Source: an uncultured Nitrososphaeraceae archaeon (GTDB lineage: Archaea; Thermoproteota; Nitrososphaeria; Nitrososphaerales; Nitrososphaeraceae). From it: a stretch of 28,987 nucleotides of DNA. This document shows positions 1-10,843 of this stretch, in pieces; the stretch's first letter is position 1, and every line of letters starts with the position of its first letter. Both the position numbers and the translations under genes were made by a program. The notes beneath the pieces are model-generated. The model saw only the letters and a list, made by a program, of their open reading frames with translations, had not been told where the DNA came from and did not search any database. The stretch covers positions 1-28,987 of the forward strand of contig CAVXZB010000052.1 of the NCBI GenBank assembly GCA_963765895.1, in the 5' to 3' direction.

Positions 1-289
1 GACACACCCGCTGGCTGGTGTATATAACAGTAAAGCTGACTTTTGAAGCATACATTTGAGCGCTTAGAGGATTATAAAAGGAGGATCTGTAATAATGAAG
101 ATAAACTACATATACGTTTCAACTGATACTGCTATTGTAGAGATGACTTCTATTTCCGTTGCTCTGAATGGACGGCCATATGCTCAAAGATTCTGCTGGA
201 TAACACGGTTTGTTGATGGTTTGATTGTCGAGGTTCGAGTCTACTTGGATTCAGTGCTTGTTCAACAACTGATCGATGAGAATGAGTGA
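1..289 (+). CDS. SnoaL/NTF2-like protein, 5'-truncated, error-containing mirror copy of 18681..19082
   Basis: ORF 95..289 matches the C-terminal half of the 18681..19082 protein; indels near 41-68. Confidence 0.8.
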
Positions 290-321
290 GTGAGTGAGTG
301 AGTGAGTGAGTGAGTGAGTGA
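286..321 (+). repeat. (GTGA)9 tetranucleotide microsatellite
   Basis: Read directly; overlaps the TGA stop of the SnoaL-like gene. Confidence 0.95.
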
Positions 322-644
322 TCACTTAGGAATTGCTAAACATGTACTAAGGTTAATATGAAGACTAATTGATGAAAGTGATTTCATCAGAAAAGAGGAA
401 TAGAAATGAGAATCATGAGTCTGAAAGTAATGATCTTCTGGGACAGTCAGCAACAAGCGACTAAGACTCAACTAGAACAAATTCACGCATATTCATTTCG
501 GAAATTATATACTGCCTGGATATAATCAATGTCCGAATAAACAACTCATAATAGGTAGTGCAAAATATGCAAGTTTGGTCTCACTTGATAATTGTAGAAT
601 CACTAGTCTAAGTAATATAATGCATAGAATCAGTAGTAATACTA

Positions 645-1494
645 ATGGCTTCTTCCTCTTCATCCAATCAAAAGGTTGCCGTTGTTACGGGTAGCTCAAC
701 TGGGATAGGATACGAAACATCTCTAATCTTGGCAAGGAATGGTTTTCTTACTTATGCGACAATGAGGAATCTTAACAAAAGTGAGAGTATAGAATCGATC
801 ACTACTAAAGAAAACTTACCTATTCATATTAAACAGCTTGATGTTACAGATGATACATCTGTCAAAAATGCAGTAGAAGCAATATCGTCTGAGACAGGAC
901 GTATAGACCTCTTAGTAAATAACGCAGGATATGGACTTAACGGTGCCTTTGAGGATCTTGCAATGGATGAGATAAAAGCTCAATATGAAACTAATTTGTT
1001 TGGATTGATAAGAACAACTCAAGCAGTCCTTCCGATTATGAGAAGACAAAAATCAGGAACGATTGATAAATATTAGCTTGGCGTTGGAAGATTTGGTCTT
1101 CCTGGGAGCTCGGCTTATGTTAGCACAAAATTTGCAGTTGAAGGACTAAGCGAATCTATGTCATATGAATTGGAGCCATTTGGTATAAAAGTGGTTTTAG
1201 TGGAGCCAGGAGTTATTAAAACGAACTTTGTAGACGGCATGGTCATTGCAAGAAAATCTCAAGATTCAAAATCTCCATATTCTCAAATAATCCAGAAAAT
1301 GGTTACTGGCTTGGAGGAAATGATGAAAAATGGATTTCTCCTATCTTGTAGCAAAGATAGTGCTTAACCAGCTACAAATGAAAATCCTAGCCTCAGGTAT
1401 TTAGCTGGAAATGATGTAGAACAATTGTTGGGGAATAAAAGGAACATGTCTGATGAGAGTTTTATAAAATGATGAGCAAAATCTGATGACGTAG
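645..1494 (+). CDS. Short-chain dehydrogenase/reductase, frameshifted mirror copy of 17375..18229
   Basis: TGSSTGIG and NNAG motifs. Split by indels at about 1063-1079, 1335-1343, 1367 and 1455-1475 relative to the intact copy. Confidence 0.85.
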
Positions 1495-1560
1495 AGCATT
1501 GTCCAAGTATACGTAGATATTACTCCATACGTGAGATGCCTCATTTTAGAAATATTTATA

Positions 1561-1681
1561 ATTTGGCGCGCCGCACATCTGTATTAGAAGATATTTTTCC
1601 GATATACATATAAGACATGTCAAAATCCTGACATTGTCCGATGTGTTAAAACTTTGGCTATAGACTGAATTAATATGCTGG
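1561..1681 (-). repeat. GGCGCGCC-ended dispersed repeat, mirror of copy A (17188..17308)
   Basis: TTTGGCGCGCC at 1562-1572; part of the inverted arm. Confidence 0.7.
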
Positions 1682-1792
1682 TCCACGTCAGCTAGACGCT
1701 ACTATATATAGATATCAATTTGTAGAGTCATCAATTCTGTTATGGAATTAGCATCTAGGCGTGAAGATTTACTTATCCATGGAATCAGTTAG

Positions 1793-2144
1793 TCATGAGT
1801 AACCTTGGAATTTTAATAACTCATTTATGCTTGTCAGGATCTTTGTGCTTTACATGATGCTCGACAGATTCTAGATGTACATTCTGTACGTCAGGATCCA
1901 GCCTGCAGTAATAACAATCCTGCTTTAAAGCAATACTAGGACAGCATGGACTCTGGTCTAAATCGTGTTCTGGAAGTGGCGTATATGGCGCGTTTGGATC
2001 TTTGTAGAAAAAATCGGTTACAGAGATGACTTTGGCTGTCTCGTATCCTGTACCTACTGATGAAACGCCATCTAACGGGGGATATGAGTTTGTGCGCGCC
2101 TCCGCTTCACCGCCATGTTTTCCATTAGTAGTCCTAGGAATTTG
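1793..2144 (-). pseudogene. Cys/His-rich C-terminal domain remnant, mirror of 16725..17076
   Basis: Reverse complement of the start-less reading frame at 16725..17076. Confidence 0.55.
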
Positions 2145-2152
2145 CTAACAAC

Positions 2153-3430
2153 TTAGTGTCTTTGCGAAGATAAAATGGTAGATTCTTTAAAGTCTCTGAC
2201 TGGATCTGAAAGCCAGCCAAAAAGGCCTTCCAGAACACTCTGTTGTATTGGTCCGATACCAGTCGACCATTGAGACGAGGGATAAAAGTCATGTCCAAGG
2301 TTTGGATATGTTAACAATGTATGATCAGGATGTCTTACTTCAGTTAGTCTTTGTTGTAATAGAAATGCTTGCCGTATTGGGGTTTGTGAATCATTCTTTC
2401 CTTGCATTATTAAAATGGATGTGGTGGACGGAACTTTACCTATGATATCCAAATTAGGTATCGAAGAGCAAAACGATGTAATCCAAATAGGACACGGAAC
2501 TCTTAGATCGTTACACTTCTCACCTTTTTTTACAACTGACATTGATTTGAGATGGTCAATTAACTGGGGCTTAAGTTCATCATTAATACTTATGAAGGTG
2601 TCATTGTTAATATTATATTGGGGATTGAGTCGTTCGGCTGTTCCATTGGCAGTAGTAATGTTTTGAGCAAGAACTAGAGTAAGATTTCCGACCATAGAGC
2701 TGAAAACAGGATTCTTTGATGCTTCTTGTACTGATAGTAATCCATTGTGATTATGGTCTAGAACCTGCTGAGCGTAGAGTAATGGGAGCGTAACTGCCTG
2801 GGAGTCTCCTATTTTACTAAAGTTCTGGGCCACTGCCCCCATCAGTACAATTTTATCTACTATATTTGGATTGTTGATTGCAATTGCAATTCTTGGGACA
2901 ATCACTGTACCCTCGCTATGTCCAACTAGAGTTACATGGTTAGAATTAACCTCTGGTTGCTGTATTAGAACGTCTAGGGCTTTCTCTGCATCTTGTGTCA
3001 GATCGTTAGATGTTATGTTTCCCCATACATTGCTATCCAATAGTGTCATATTCGCGCCAAAACCTCTCTTGTTATACTGTAATACTGCAAAGCCTCTTTC
3101 TGAAAGATATTTAGCTATATCAAAGAACGGTCTAGCTGGCGGATAAATAATTGAGCCTGTTTTGTTATCTATACGAATATAGCCTCCAGTTTCATTCATA
3201 TCAGTGGTTCCAGAACCAGGGACAAGAAGTACACCTGGAAATGGTACTTTTCCAAAGGCTGGAAGATTTAGCTTAGCATTTGTCTTTAAACCATTACCCA
3301 AATCTATAGCTATATTTCTATGTTTAGTTGTCTGCAAGTCTGATTGAGCTTGAACTGTGAGAGCTACACCACAAAATAAGAAGCATAGAGCACAGGCAGA
3401 AAGAACTATCGCTACTATCTTTAATGACAT
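2153..3430 (-). CDS. Secreted alpha/beta-fold serine hydrolase (intact copy)
   Basis: Signal peptide MSLKIVAIVLSACALCFLFCGVALTVQA; PGSG motif, nucleophile GHSEG, QGKNDSQTP (Asp) and LGH (His). Start placed at the second ATG of ORF 2153..3445. Confidence 0.85.
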   Translation of the reverse strand: MSLKIVAIVLSACALCFLFCGVALTVQAQSDLQTTKHRNIAIDLGNGLKTNAKLNLPAFGKVPFPGVLLVPGSGTTDMNETGGYIRIDNKTGSIIYPPARPFFDIAKYLSERGFAVLQYNKRGFGANMTLLDSNVWGNITSNDLTQDAEKALDVLIQQPEVNSNHVTLVGHSEGTVIVPRIAIAINNPNIVDKIVLMGAVAQNFSKIGDSQAVTLPLLYAQQVLDHNHNGLLSVQEASKNPVFSSMVGNLTLVLAQNITTANGTAERLNPQYNINNDTFISINDELKPQLIDHLKSMSVVKKGEKCNDLRVPCPIWITSFCSSIPNLDIIGKVPSTTSILIMQGKNDSQTPIRQAFLLQQRLTEVRHPDHTLLTYPNLGHDFYPSSQWSTGIGPIQQSVLEGLFGWLSDPVRDFKESTILSSQRH

Positions 3431-3691
3431 CTTTGACCATCCCATCGTTGCATTACCCTAACTACCTGTCCAGACTTTGAATTTATCGTTCCTGGAATCC
3501 TAACCAAACATGAGTTTATGGATGGTCTATGTTGCCGATCTCCTTTTTTATTCGTAAGAAAATCCTCTGCAAATTGCATGAATTTACTGGTGAGGTCTCT
3601 TCCATTAGGATCTATAAACTTTGCAAACACTTCTTCCTCTTCTAAGATAAATCCTGTCACCGGTGGTAAATATGATAGCCGTTGCCAGTCC
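3431..3691 (-). pseudogene. Internal fragment of an AEP primase-like gene (mirror of 15177..15437)
   Basis: Encodes TGNGYHIY...RIPGTINSK...RWDGQR; truncated at the arm boundary. Confidence 0.65.
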
Positions 3692-3889
3692 CTCACTGCC
3701 GAAACGCGGCGTACAGTCAAAATGCTGATGCAATCACAAACCGCTTGAATGGGTTGTATTGATATGGTGTAGTAGGACACAATTACTGGATTGGCAATAA
3801 CTACTCTATAACACAAGAAAATAAAAAACTACACTAACTACTGGGGGAATATTTTTCTAATCGATTAAAAGATGACCTTTTCATCATTT

Positions 3890-5231
3890 TTAGCTTTCCT
3901 GTGCAAAAATTCTGTATATTGAAAGTGCCTCAGCTTCACCGGTAGCCCCGACGATCGTTGCTGCACCGCTCGTTAAGAAACTGATCGATGTCTTATCATT
4001 TATAGCGGTCACCCCAAGGTTGCCTTTAGCTTTGACTTTATATCCTAGTGATTCGGCAGTTTTTACAATATTATTCAAATTTATTGGTGAGTATGGCTCC
4101 AATGGAGTTAATGTATAAGTCCTCTTCCCTCGATCTCTCCCACATAATTCTTCTACAATAAGATGATTCTGAGTTACTACTATATTTTCAGTTACTTTCT
4201 CACTGTACGAACCGCATGCAGGACATTCTTGTTGTCTAAACATCTGTATCTTTTCAAAAGATAGATCGTTTAAATCAATGTACATTAACCTATTTACTAA
4301 TGAGGGTTGCTTGTGCGTAATAATCTTTATAGCTTCAGATACTTGTATAGAGCCCACAATATAGAGTATGGACGGATGTACTCCTTCAGTACTGCATGTG
4401 GGCATATTATCTTCAGACAAAGCAGGGAATATGCATCGTAGACATGCAGATCTTTTTGGTAATATAGTGCAAACCGAGCCAACAGTCCCCAATGCACCAG
4501 CATAAATAAATGGAATATCATGTTTTATACATGCATCATTTAGAGCATATCTTGCATCTACGCTGTCAAGCGCATCTATAACTACATCTGCACCTTTGAC
4601 AACCCTATCGGCAGTATACTTGGTTATGGATATAGGGATAGCTTCGATATTAGCTGCGGAATTTATTTTTCTTAAGCGATCAACAGCAGCTTCAACCTTA
4701 ACTTTGCCAAGATCATCTTCTGTGTACAGATGTTGTCGGTGCAAGTTAGATATCTCAACAACATCTCTGTCTACCAATTTTAGGTTCCCAATTCCCATTG
4801 CGGTTAATTGGGTTACAACCGGATTTCCGATACCACCAACTCCTACAACACAAATTTTCGCGTTTCTTAAATATTCCATTCCAGTGAATCCAATTTCCTC
4901 GAGCATTAAGCTGCCGAGAGTATCGTTGGATATCTTCATTTGTTAATTCTGTACCTCCAGCTACTGCTGGTAATATGAAAACTGAATCGCCATCTTTCAG
5001 CACTGTTGATAATCCGTCGTTACTAAAACGAATATTTTTTCCATTAAGATAGATGTTGATCAGTGCTCGTGGTTTGCTGTTGACATCAAAGACTCTTCTT
5101 TTGAATTCCTCCCCCATTTCAATAGTAATTTTAGTAAATGCGTCACTTAGATCGTTTGCATCGAGAGAAATTTTTCTCTCTCCGTTACTCTTATTTAGAA
5201 CTGAAGGAATTACGAATTCTACCTTTGCCAT
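3890..5231 (-). CDS. Fused ThiS/MoaD ubiquitin-like domain + ThiF/MoeB E1-like adenylyltransferase (one apparent frameshift near 4908)
   Basis: ORF 4755..5231 gives a beta-grasp domain ending PAVAGG, then RYSRQ. ORF 3890..4939 gives VGVGGIG, DRDVVEISNLHRQ and two CxxC pairs. RYSRQ joins MLEEIG after removing one base. Confidence 0.88.
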
Positions 5232-5264
5232 TTTGCTTTTTCTTTACCTCTGCTAATATATATG

Positions 5265-6492
5265 TCATCTAATCATGGCAGAAACCAATTGTACATCCGG
5301 CTTTACAGCATTAAGTTTCGGAAGCACATCTACAATAGCTTCTGTAGCCTTGAGCCCATTGCCTGTAATATAACAAACAACATTTTCGTCTTTGTCAATT
5401 TTACCCTCTTCTACCATTTTACGGAGTACCGCTATAGATACACCACCTGCCGGCTCAGTGAAGATGCCTTCTGTCTTGGCAAGCATCATTATTCCGTCTA
5501 TAATTTCCTCATCAGTAGCTTCTTCCGCGCTTCCTCTATACTGCTGCAATCTTTTTAGAACGTATCGTCCATCTCCAGGATCCCCTATAGCAAGACTCTT
5601 CGCAATTGTTTCAGGTTTTTCAATCGGAATAACTTCATCGCTTCTTCTCTTAAAAGCATCAACTATTGGAGAACAACCATGAGGCTGTGCCGCTGTAATT
5701 TTTAATCTTGATATGTCATCCAATAATCCAATTTCACATAACTCTTCGAATCCTTTACATATTGCATTCAACATTGCTCCGCTTCCTACTGGAATTATCA
5801 AATTATCTGGAACTTCCCAATTCAGCTGCTCAGCTACCTCATAAGCAAGTGTTTTTGAACCCTCTACGTAGAACGGCCGCATATTTATATTAACTATGCC
5901 TATTCCCTTTGCATCGCCAACTACAGAAGCTACTCTGTTAGCATCGTCATAGGTCCCATCAACTGCTACGAACTCTGCGCCGTATGATAAAGCTTGGGAA
6001 ATCTTTACCTTTTCAATATCAGATGGTGCAAAAATATAACATGGCAATCCTGCCTTTGGCAGCATGCGCAGCAGTTGCAGAAGCCAAGTTCCCAGTCGAT
6101 GCACAACCTACTGCCTTTAGTTTAATTTCCTTTGCCCTTGAAACAGCTATGCCTGCAGGCCTATCCTTAAATGAAAAAGTCGGGTTTACAGAGTCGTTCT
6201 TGATAAATAAATTTCTTAATCCACCTAATGTCGTTCCTATTCTGTTCGCATGTTGTAAAGGCGTAAACCCCGCATCTAGACTTACAATGTTGTTACGATT
6301 GGCAATCGGTAGTAACTCAAAATATCGCCAATAGTTCTTTGTTTGTCTAGACATGAAAGAGGCCCTATTCAGTGAGGAAGGTAAATCATAAATTATATCC
6401 AACGGACCAAAACATTCTTCGCATATATACCTAAATTGAGCCCCATATTCTTTATTACATTCTCTACATTTTAGACATCTTATAACACCCAT
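5265..6492 (-). CDS. thrC: Threonine synthase (PLP-dependent), one apparent frameshift near 6055
   Basis: N-terminal CxxC/CxxC, NPTFSFKDR (PLP lysine), CASTGN, PVGSG, EPAGG, TGNGLK. The extra A lies in a homopolymer. Confidence 0.9.
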
Positions 6493-6637
6493 ATTTATGA
6501 CTGTCCATCTTTCGGATATTAATATAAATAAAGCTCTCTAAGATATAATTTAGTATTACTAAACATCGATTGCGAGCACAGTTTATATTGTATCATATTT
6601 CAAGCCGTATCTTATAACAACGATAAGGTTAATGTAC

Positions 6638-7006
6638 TTAGTTACATACATTATTTTTTATTAAATAATGGAAACAGGTGCGATTTCCGGTGTGGCATAT
6701 GGGGGTCTTAGAATCGACTAGATATAATAAGGCATCATAATCACAATCTAATAATACATCTTCTACAGGTTGTATATTACCAGACTCTTCGCCTTTCATC
6801 CATAATTTATTGCGTGACGTACTCCAGAACCAAGCATTTCTTGTCCTAATGGTATTTTCAAGTGCCTCCCTGTTTGCGTAAGCAAGAGTTAAAATGTCTT
6901 TCGTGTTTTTGTCTTGTACGACTACAGGTAAGAGTCCATTCCTTTTCGTAAAATCAACGTCATTCAAAGATTTATTCATACTAGAACGAATCATAGTAAA
7001 GGACAA
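6638..7006 (-). CDS. hisI: Phosphoribosyl-AMP cyclohydrolase
   Basis: SRNKLWMKGEESGN, DCDYDALL and CHTGNRTCF motifs. Confidence 0.95.
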   Translation of the reverse strand: MSFTMIRSSMNKSLNDVDFTKRNGLLPVVVQDKNTKDILTLAYANREALENTIRTRNAWFWSTSRNKLWMKGEESGNIQPVEDVLLDCDYDALLYLVDSKTPICHTGNRTCFHYLIKNNVCN

Positions 7007-7551
7007 TCAAGACGCGAATAAATTAATTGCTATCTAAAGAGAACTCTGATCGCCTTTTTAATATTTAGTGACAATCTCTAATCAAATCACGACTATTCCA
7101 TCTATTCGAGGAAAACTATGATTGTATACAACTAACTATCAATAGTATTTGATTTTTATAGACTTTTATACACTTTTTATTAGATTGCTGCCTAGTAGGG
7201 AGAAAAATATTAACCTAAATATAGTGAGGATAATGATAGATATTAAAGTAAACTAATGCAGTACGAATTAATAATAATGCACATTTTGTCGAACCCTTGT
7301 TATCCCTATCAACAATTTACATGTGGAAGATTCTACCTAGCTTATTGAATATTTATTATGCCTGTCGTGGACAAATTATATATTAAAGGTGTCTAATTGG
7401 AGCCTAAAGCATGGGTATATTGTATAAATAAGACTATCTCAGATAGTTTAAGTATAAAATGCTATCTTTAACTAGTCGTCTTGTCTAAATTTATGAAGCT
7501 CGTTATAAGTGTAAATTTAAATATATATAAATGACTTATTTTTTGTCAGAT

Positions 7552-7788
7552 ATGGCGTACAAATATATCGATATCGTGGGTACTTCAAATAGAGATATTA
7601 CCGATGCAGTGAATAATGCCTTCCAAGAGGCGTCCAAAACTGTTAAGAATATTAAATGGGGAGAATTAGGCCGTATAACGTTTAGGGTGGAAGACGGAAG
7701 AAAGATGGAGTACCAAACCGAGGTCAGGATTGGTTTTGAAATTCTCAGGGAAGATCGGAATAACCAATCATCTACTCGCGACTCATAA
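7552..7788 (+). CDS. Dodecin-family flavin-binding protein
   Basis: YKYIDIVGTS...AVNNA...ASKTVKNIKW...EYQTEVRIGFE. Start placed at ATG 7552, just after an AT-rich TATA-like tract (7517-7530). Confidence 0.85.
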   Translation: MAYKYIDIVGTSNRDITDAVNNAFQEASKTVKNIKWGELGRITFRVEDGRKMEYQTEVRIGFEILREDRNNQSSTRDS

Positions 7789-8010
7789 TAGTTTTATGAA
7801 TGAAATATGGTGTAGAAAATAATCGGCTAAATTATTATAGCGTGTATCATACAATATAGCAAATTAGGGATTATAGTGTTCGGGACCATACATTAAGAAA
7901 TACTCGCCAGGATACTGTTATTGAGATTTACGCGGCTATGCCATGTCTCGACTAAATAAGTAGAATCTCCACTAAATTATAGATAGTAGAGGTCTCTTAG
8001 AATAATTGAA

Positions 8011-8925
8011 ATGACCGGGATGTTCGATATTAGTAAGAAGATAGATACTTTTAGGACAGCAACTGCGCGGGCCATTCTAAGGATTTCTAGTACTACTATA
8101 CATCGTATTGATAATGGTAACTCTCCGAAAGGCAATATAATCGAAGCTGCAAAAATTTCTGGCACTATGGCTGCAAAAAAGACCTATGATTTGATACCTT
8201 ATTGTCATCCGATCCCAATTGATTATGTTAAAGTTGATGTTTCCATAGGAGAGAATCAGATAGAGATTCTAGTACAAGTAAAAAGCATATGGAAGACTGG
8301 TGTGGAAATGGAGGCACTCACCGCTGCTAGTATAGCGTCATTAACGATCTACGATATGCTAAAACCTATCGACGCATATCTATCAATAGAATCTATTAGA
8401 CTAATCAAAAAAAAAGGCGGCATTAATGACTTTAAGGAGAGTTCTTGCAGTAAGATTAAGGCTGCAGTTCTGGTTGCTAGTGATACTAGAAGTAAGCAAG
8501 AAGATGAGTCTGGCAGAATCATTATTGAAAAGTTAAAAGGAATTAAATGCAATATCGTGGAGTACGTAGTAATCCCTGACAATAAAGCGACGATAATATC
8601 TGAACTCAAAAGGTTTTCTGATGACTTGAATGTAGATATTGTCATAACAACTGGAGGAACAGGCGTTGGACCACGCGATTTTACTCCCGAAGCGACAAAA
8701 GAGATCTTAGAAAAAGAGTTGCTTGGCGTGGCTGAGACAATTAGAGCCCATGGCCAAAGGAGGACTCCTCTATCTATGTTGTCAAGAGGGGTTGTGGGCC
8801 TCAGAGGAAATACAGTGATAATAAATTTACCAGGAAGCGTTAATGCTGTTTTAGAATCATTAGATTGTATTTTTCCAGGAATATTGCACATCTTTAAAAT
8901 GTTGCATGGACATAGACATAAATGA
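8011..8925 (+). CDS. moaC: Bifunctional molybdenum cofactor biosynthesis protein MoaC/MoaB
   Basis: MFDISKK...R.A.A, LIPYCHP, TGVEMEAL and IYDMLK (MoaC); TTGGTGVGPRD.TPEA and NLPGS (MoaB/MogA). Confidence 0.93.
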   Translation: MTGMFDISKKIDTFRTATARAILRISSTTIHRIDNGNSPKGNIIEAAKISGTMAAKKTYDLIPYCHPIPIDYVKVDVSIGENQIEILVQVKSIWKTGVEMEALTAASIASLTIYDMLKPIDAYLSIESIRLIKKKGGINDFKESSCSKIKAAVLVASDTRSKQEDESGRIIIEKLKGIKCNIVEYVVIPDNKATIISELKRFSDDLNVDIVITTGGTGVGPRDFTPEATKEILEKELLGVAETIRAHGQRRTPLSMLSRGVVGLRGNTVIINLPGSVNAVLESLDCIFPGILHIFKMLHGHRHK

Positions 8926-9313
8926 ACTTTATCCGATCTGTTCTAATAAACAGGGACTACGGCATAAACAGTCAATTTTGTAATACATCAAGAAATGTTC
9001 AGTAATTTAAAAAAAATTAATAGTGATAAATCAATTTCGATTTGGCCTGAAACTTTACTGTACTTTATCCTCTGAACTGCATTATCTTTTATTCCATATT
9101 GATTAATATATTCAAGGTATAATATTGTGGTCTCGTACAACTACAATTCCTCCTGCAATAGATAGAATGCTAAAGCAGTGCCACTATTTAGTGTAACAAT
9201 CATGTGCCGAAGGTGATAATTTAGTTTTATCGCACACATTCCCCAATTATTGTAATCCACTGTAGCCTTAAAATGTTGGAATGTAAACTAGATAAAATTG
9301 ATATTCAACTAGT

Positions 9314-10500
9314 CTATACCGAAATAGCATCCTTCCTAGAATAGGCTTCGCATGCAACACTTATCGCGCCCTTCCTTAACAGCATAGCCCGATATACTCG
9401 TTGTTTTGACATCTCTAGAGCTAGTATTCTGGGATTCTCTTCATTCATGATAGCCTGAGTAAGGATATTTTTTATATTCTTAGATATTTTGTATCTGATA
9501 AGCTCAAATGCTTCTTTTTCTGTTCTTCCCTGATATTCTACGAATGACCCAATAACGCCACCTGCGTTTGCTAGGAAGTCAGGAATAAGCCAAACGCCAT
9601 TCTTATTCAAATATTCATCTGCTGTCGATGAAGTTGGAAGATTTGCTGCCTCTATAACTATTTTTACACCATGATTAAGTAGTTTTGTTACCGTTTTATC
9701 TATAATAACATTTTTCCATTGCAGCCGGAATAAATATATCTGAGTTAAATTCAAAAATCTGATTCTTATCTAAGATATCGTAACCGTCCAGATCTGACAA
9801 GATAGATTTACCTTTCATGTCTATCATTAGCCGTGGTATGTTAAGTCCATCTTTATTGCACACAAGCCCCGAAACATCACTTATGGCAACCACCTTAATT
9901 CCTGCTGAATCAAGGAATCTTGCGGTAAATGATCCAACATTACCAAATCCTTGGATAGATACTTTGATGTTATCTCGTTGAATATGTATAGCTCTTAGTT
10001 CCGATAGCACTTCGAGAGCAGTTTCAAGTGCTGTGGTCACGCCATAGCCCGTAGTTCCCAATTCATGTGGAATACCGCCAAGTTCTGATGGTTTTCCAGT
10101 ACATGCGCGCATATCACCTATTTCGTGTGCAAATATAGCCATATCCAATTCGGTCGTTCCAATATCTGTTGCGGCTATGTATTGTCCTGGGCAATACGGT
10201 CTGATCATTTTTGCAAATGATTTAACCCACGCAACTCTGTCAACACTGTTGGGATCAGCAATAATGCCACCCTTTGCTCCTCCGAAAGGCAAGCCAGGCA
10301 GCACATTTCCATGTCATAGTTCTAGCTAGTTTGAAAACGTCTAACGGTGAGGTACCTTCGGCAAATCGTATTCCTCCTTTGCCTGGGCCTGTAGATGTAT
10401 TATCAATAACCAATACACCTTTCATACCAGTATCGGGATCATAAACCTGTAGAACTTTTTCTGGACCCCACTGATCAGTTTCCTCCCATACAGATACCAA
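9314..10500 (-). CDS. gdhA: Glu/Leu/Phe/Val dehydrogenase (glutamate dehydrogenase), two apparent frameshifts (~10297, ~9713)
   Basis: GPGKGGIRF, MTWKCA, LPFGGAKGGI, QGFGNVG, EAAN and PDFLANAGGV are spread over three consecutive ORFs. Confidence 0.88.
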
Positions 10501-10843
10501 CTATTGTTCATTTGATTTTAAGAAAATATCCTACTTAATTCTTTAGTGGACATACGACTTGAGGATTGCTAAGCATGATGACCTTTGATTAGTATTTGTA
10601 ATACGTCATTATCCATCTATGACGGGACTAGTTTGTAGTTATTGGATTAATAGATATATGTGGCTTTAGTGCGTCGGTATTCAATATCTCTTCACAGGGA
10701 GTTTATATCACTCTCAATTATATTATTTTGTTGACTAGGAGTTTATCTATGTCTTATTCACATAATAATCGGAGTCCAATCTAAGGAGGGTACTATATTA
10801 ATGACAGAGGTGACTCTTATTACTCTAGCTGTCATTACCATAT

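Larger units (their letters stand above)
1..3691 (-). repeat. Left arm of a large inverted repeat (reverse complement of 15177..18972); runs off the window start
   Basis: Position 1 (gacacacccgct) pairs with 18961-18972 and 3681-3691 (gttgccagtcc) pairs with 15177-15187. The ORF sets are mirrored. The arms differ by about 20 small changes plus the microsatellite length. Confidence 0.97.

Noticed and set aside
3421-3816. 131-aa ORF spanning the left-arm junction as a real gene
   Set aside because: Chimeric: its 3' part is the AEP fragment (partly in the wrong frame) and its 5' part is unrelated junction sequence.
7191-7211. Fifth copy of the 22-bp motif (revcomp aatatttttctccctactag)
   Set aside because: Too degenerate for AT-rich DNA, and located in a core intergenic region.
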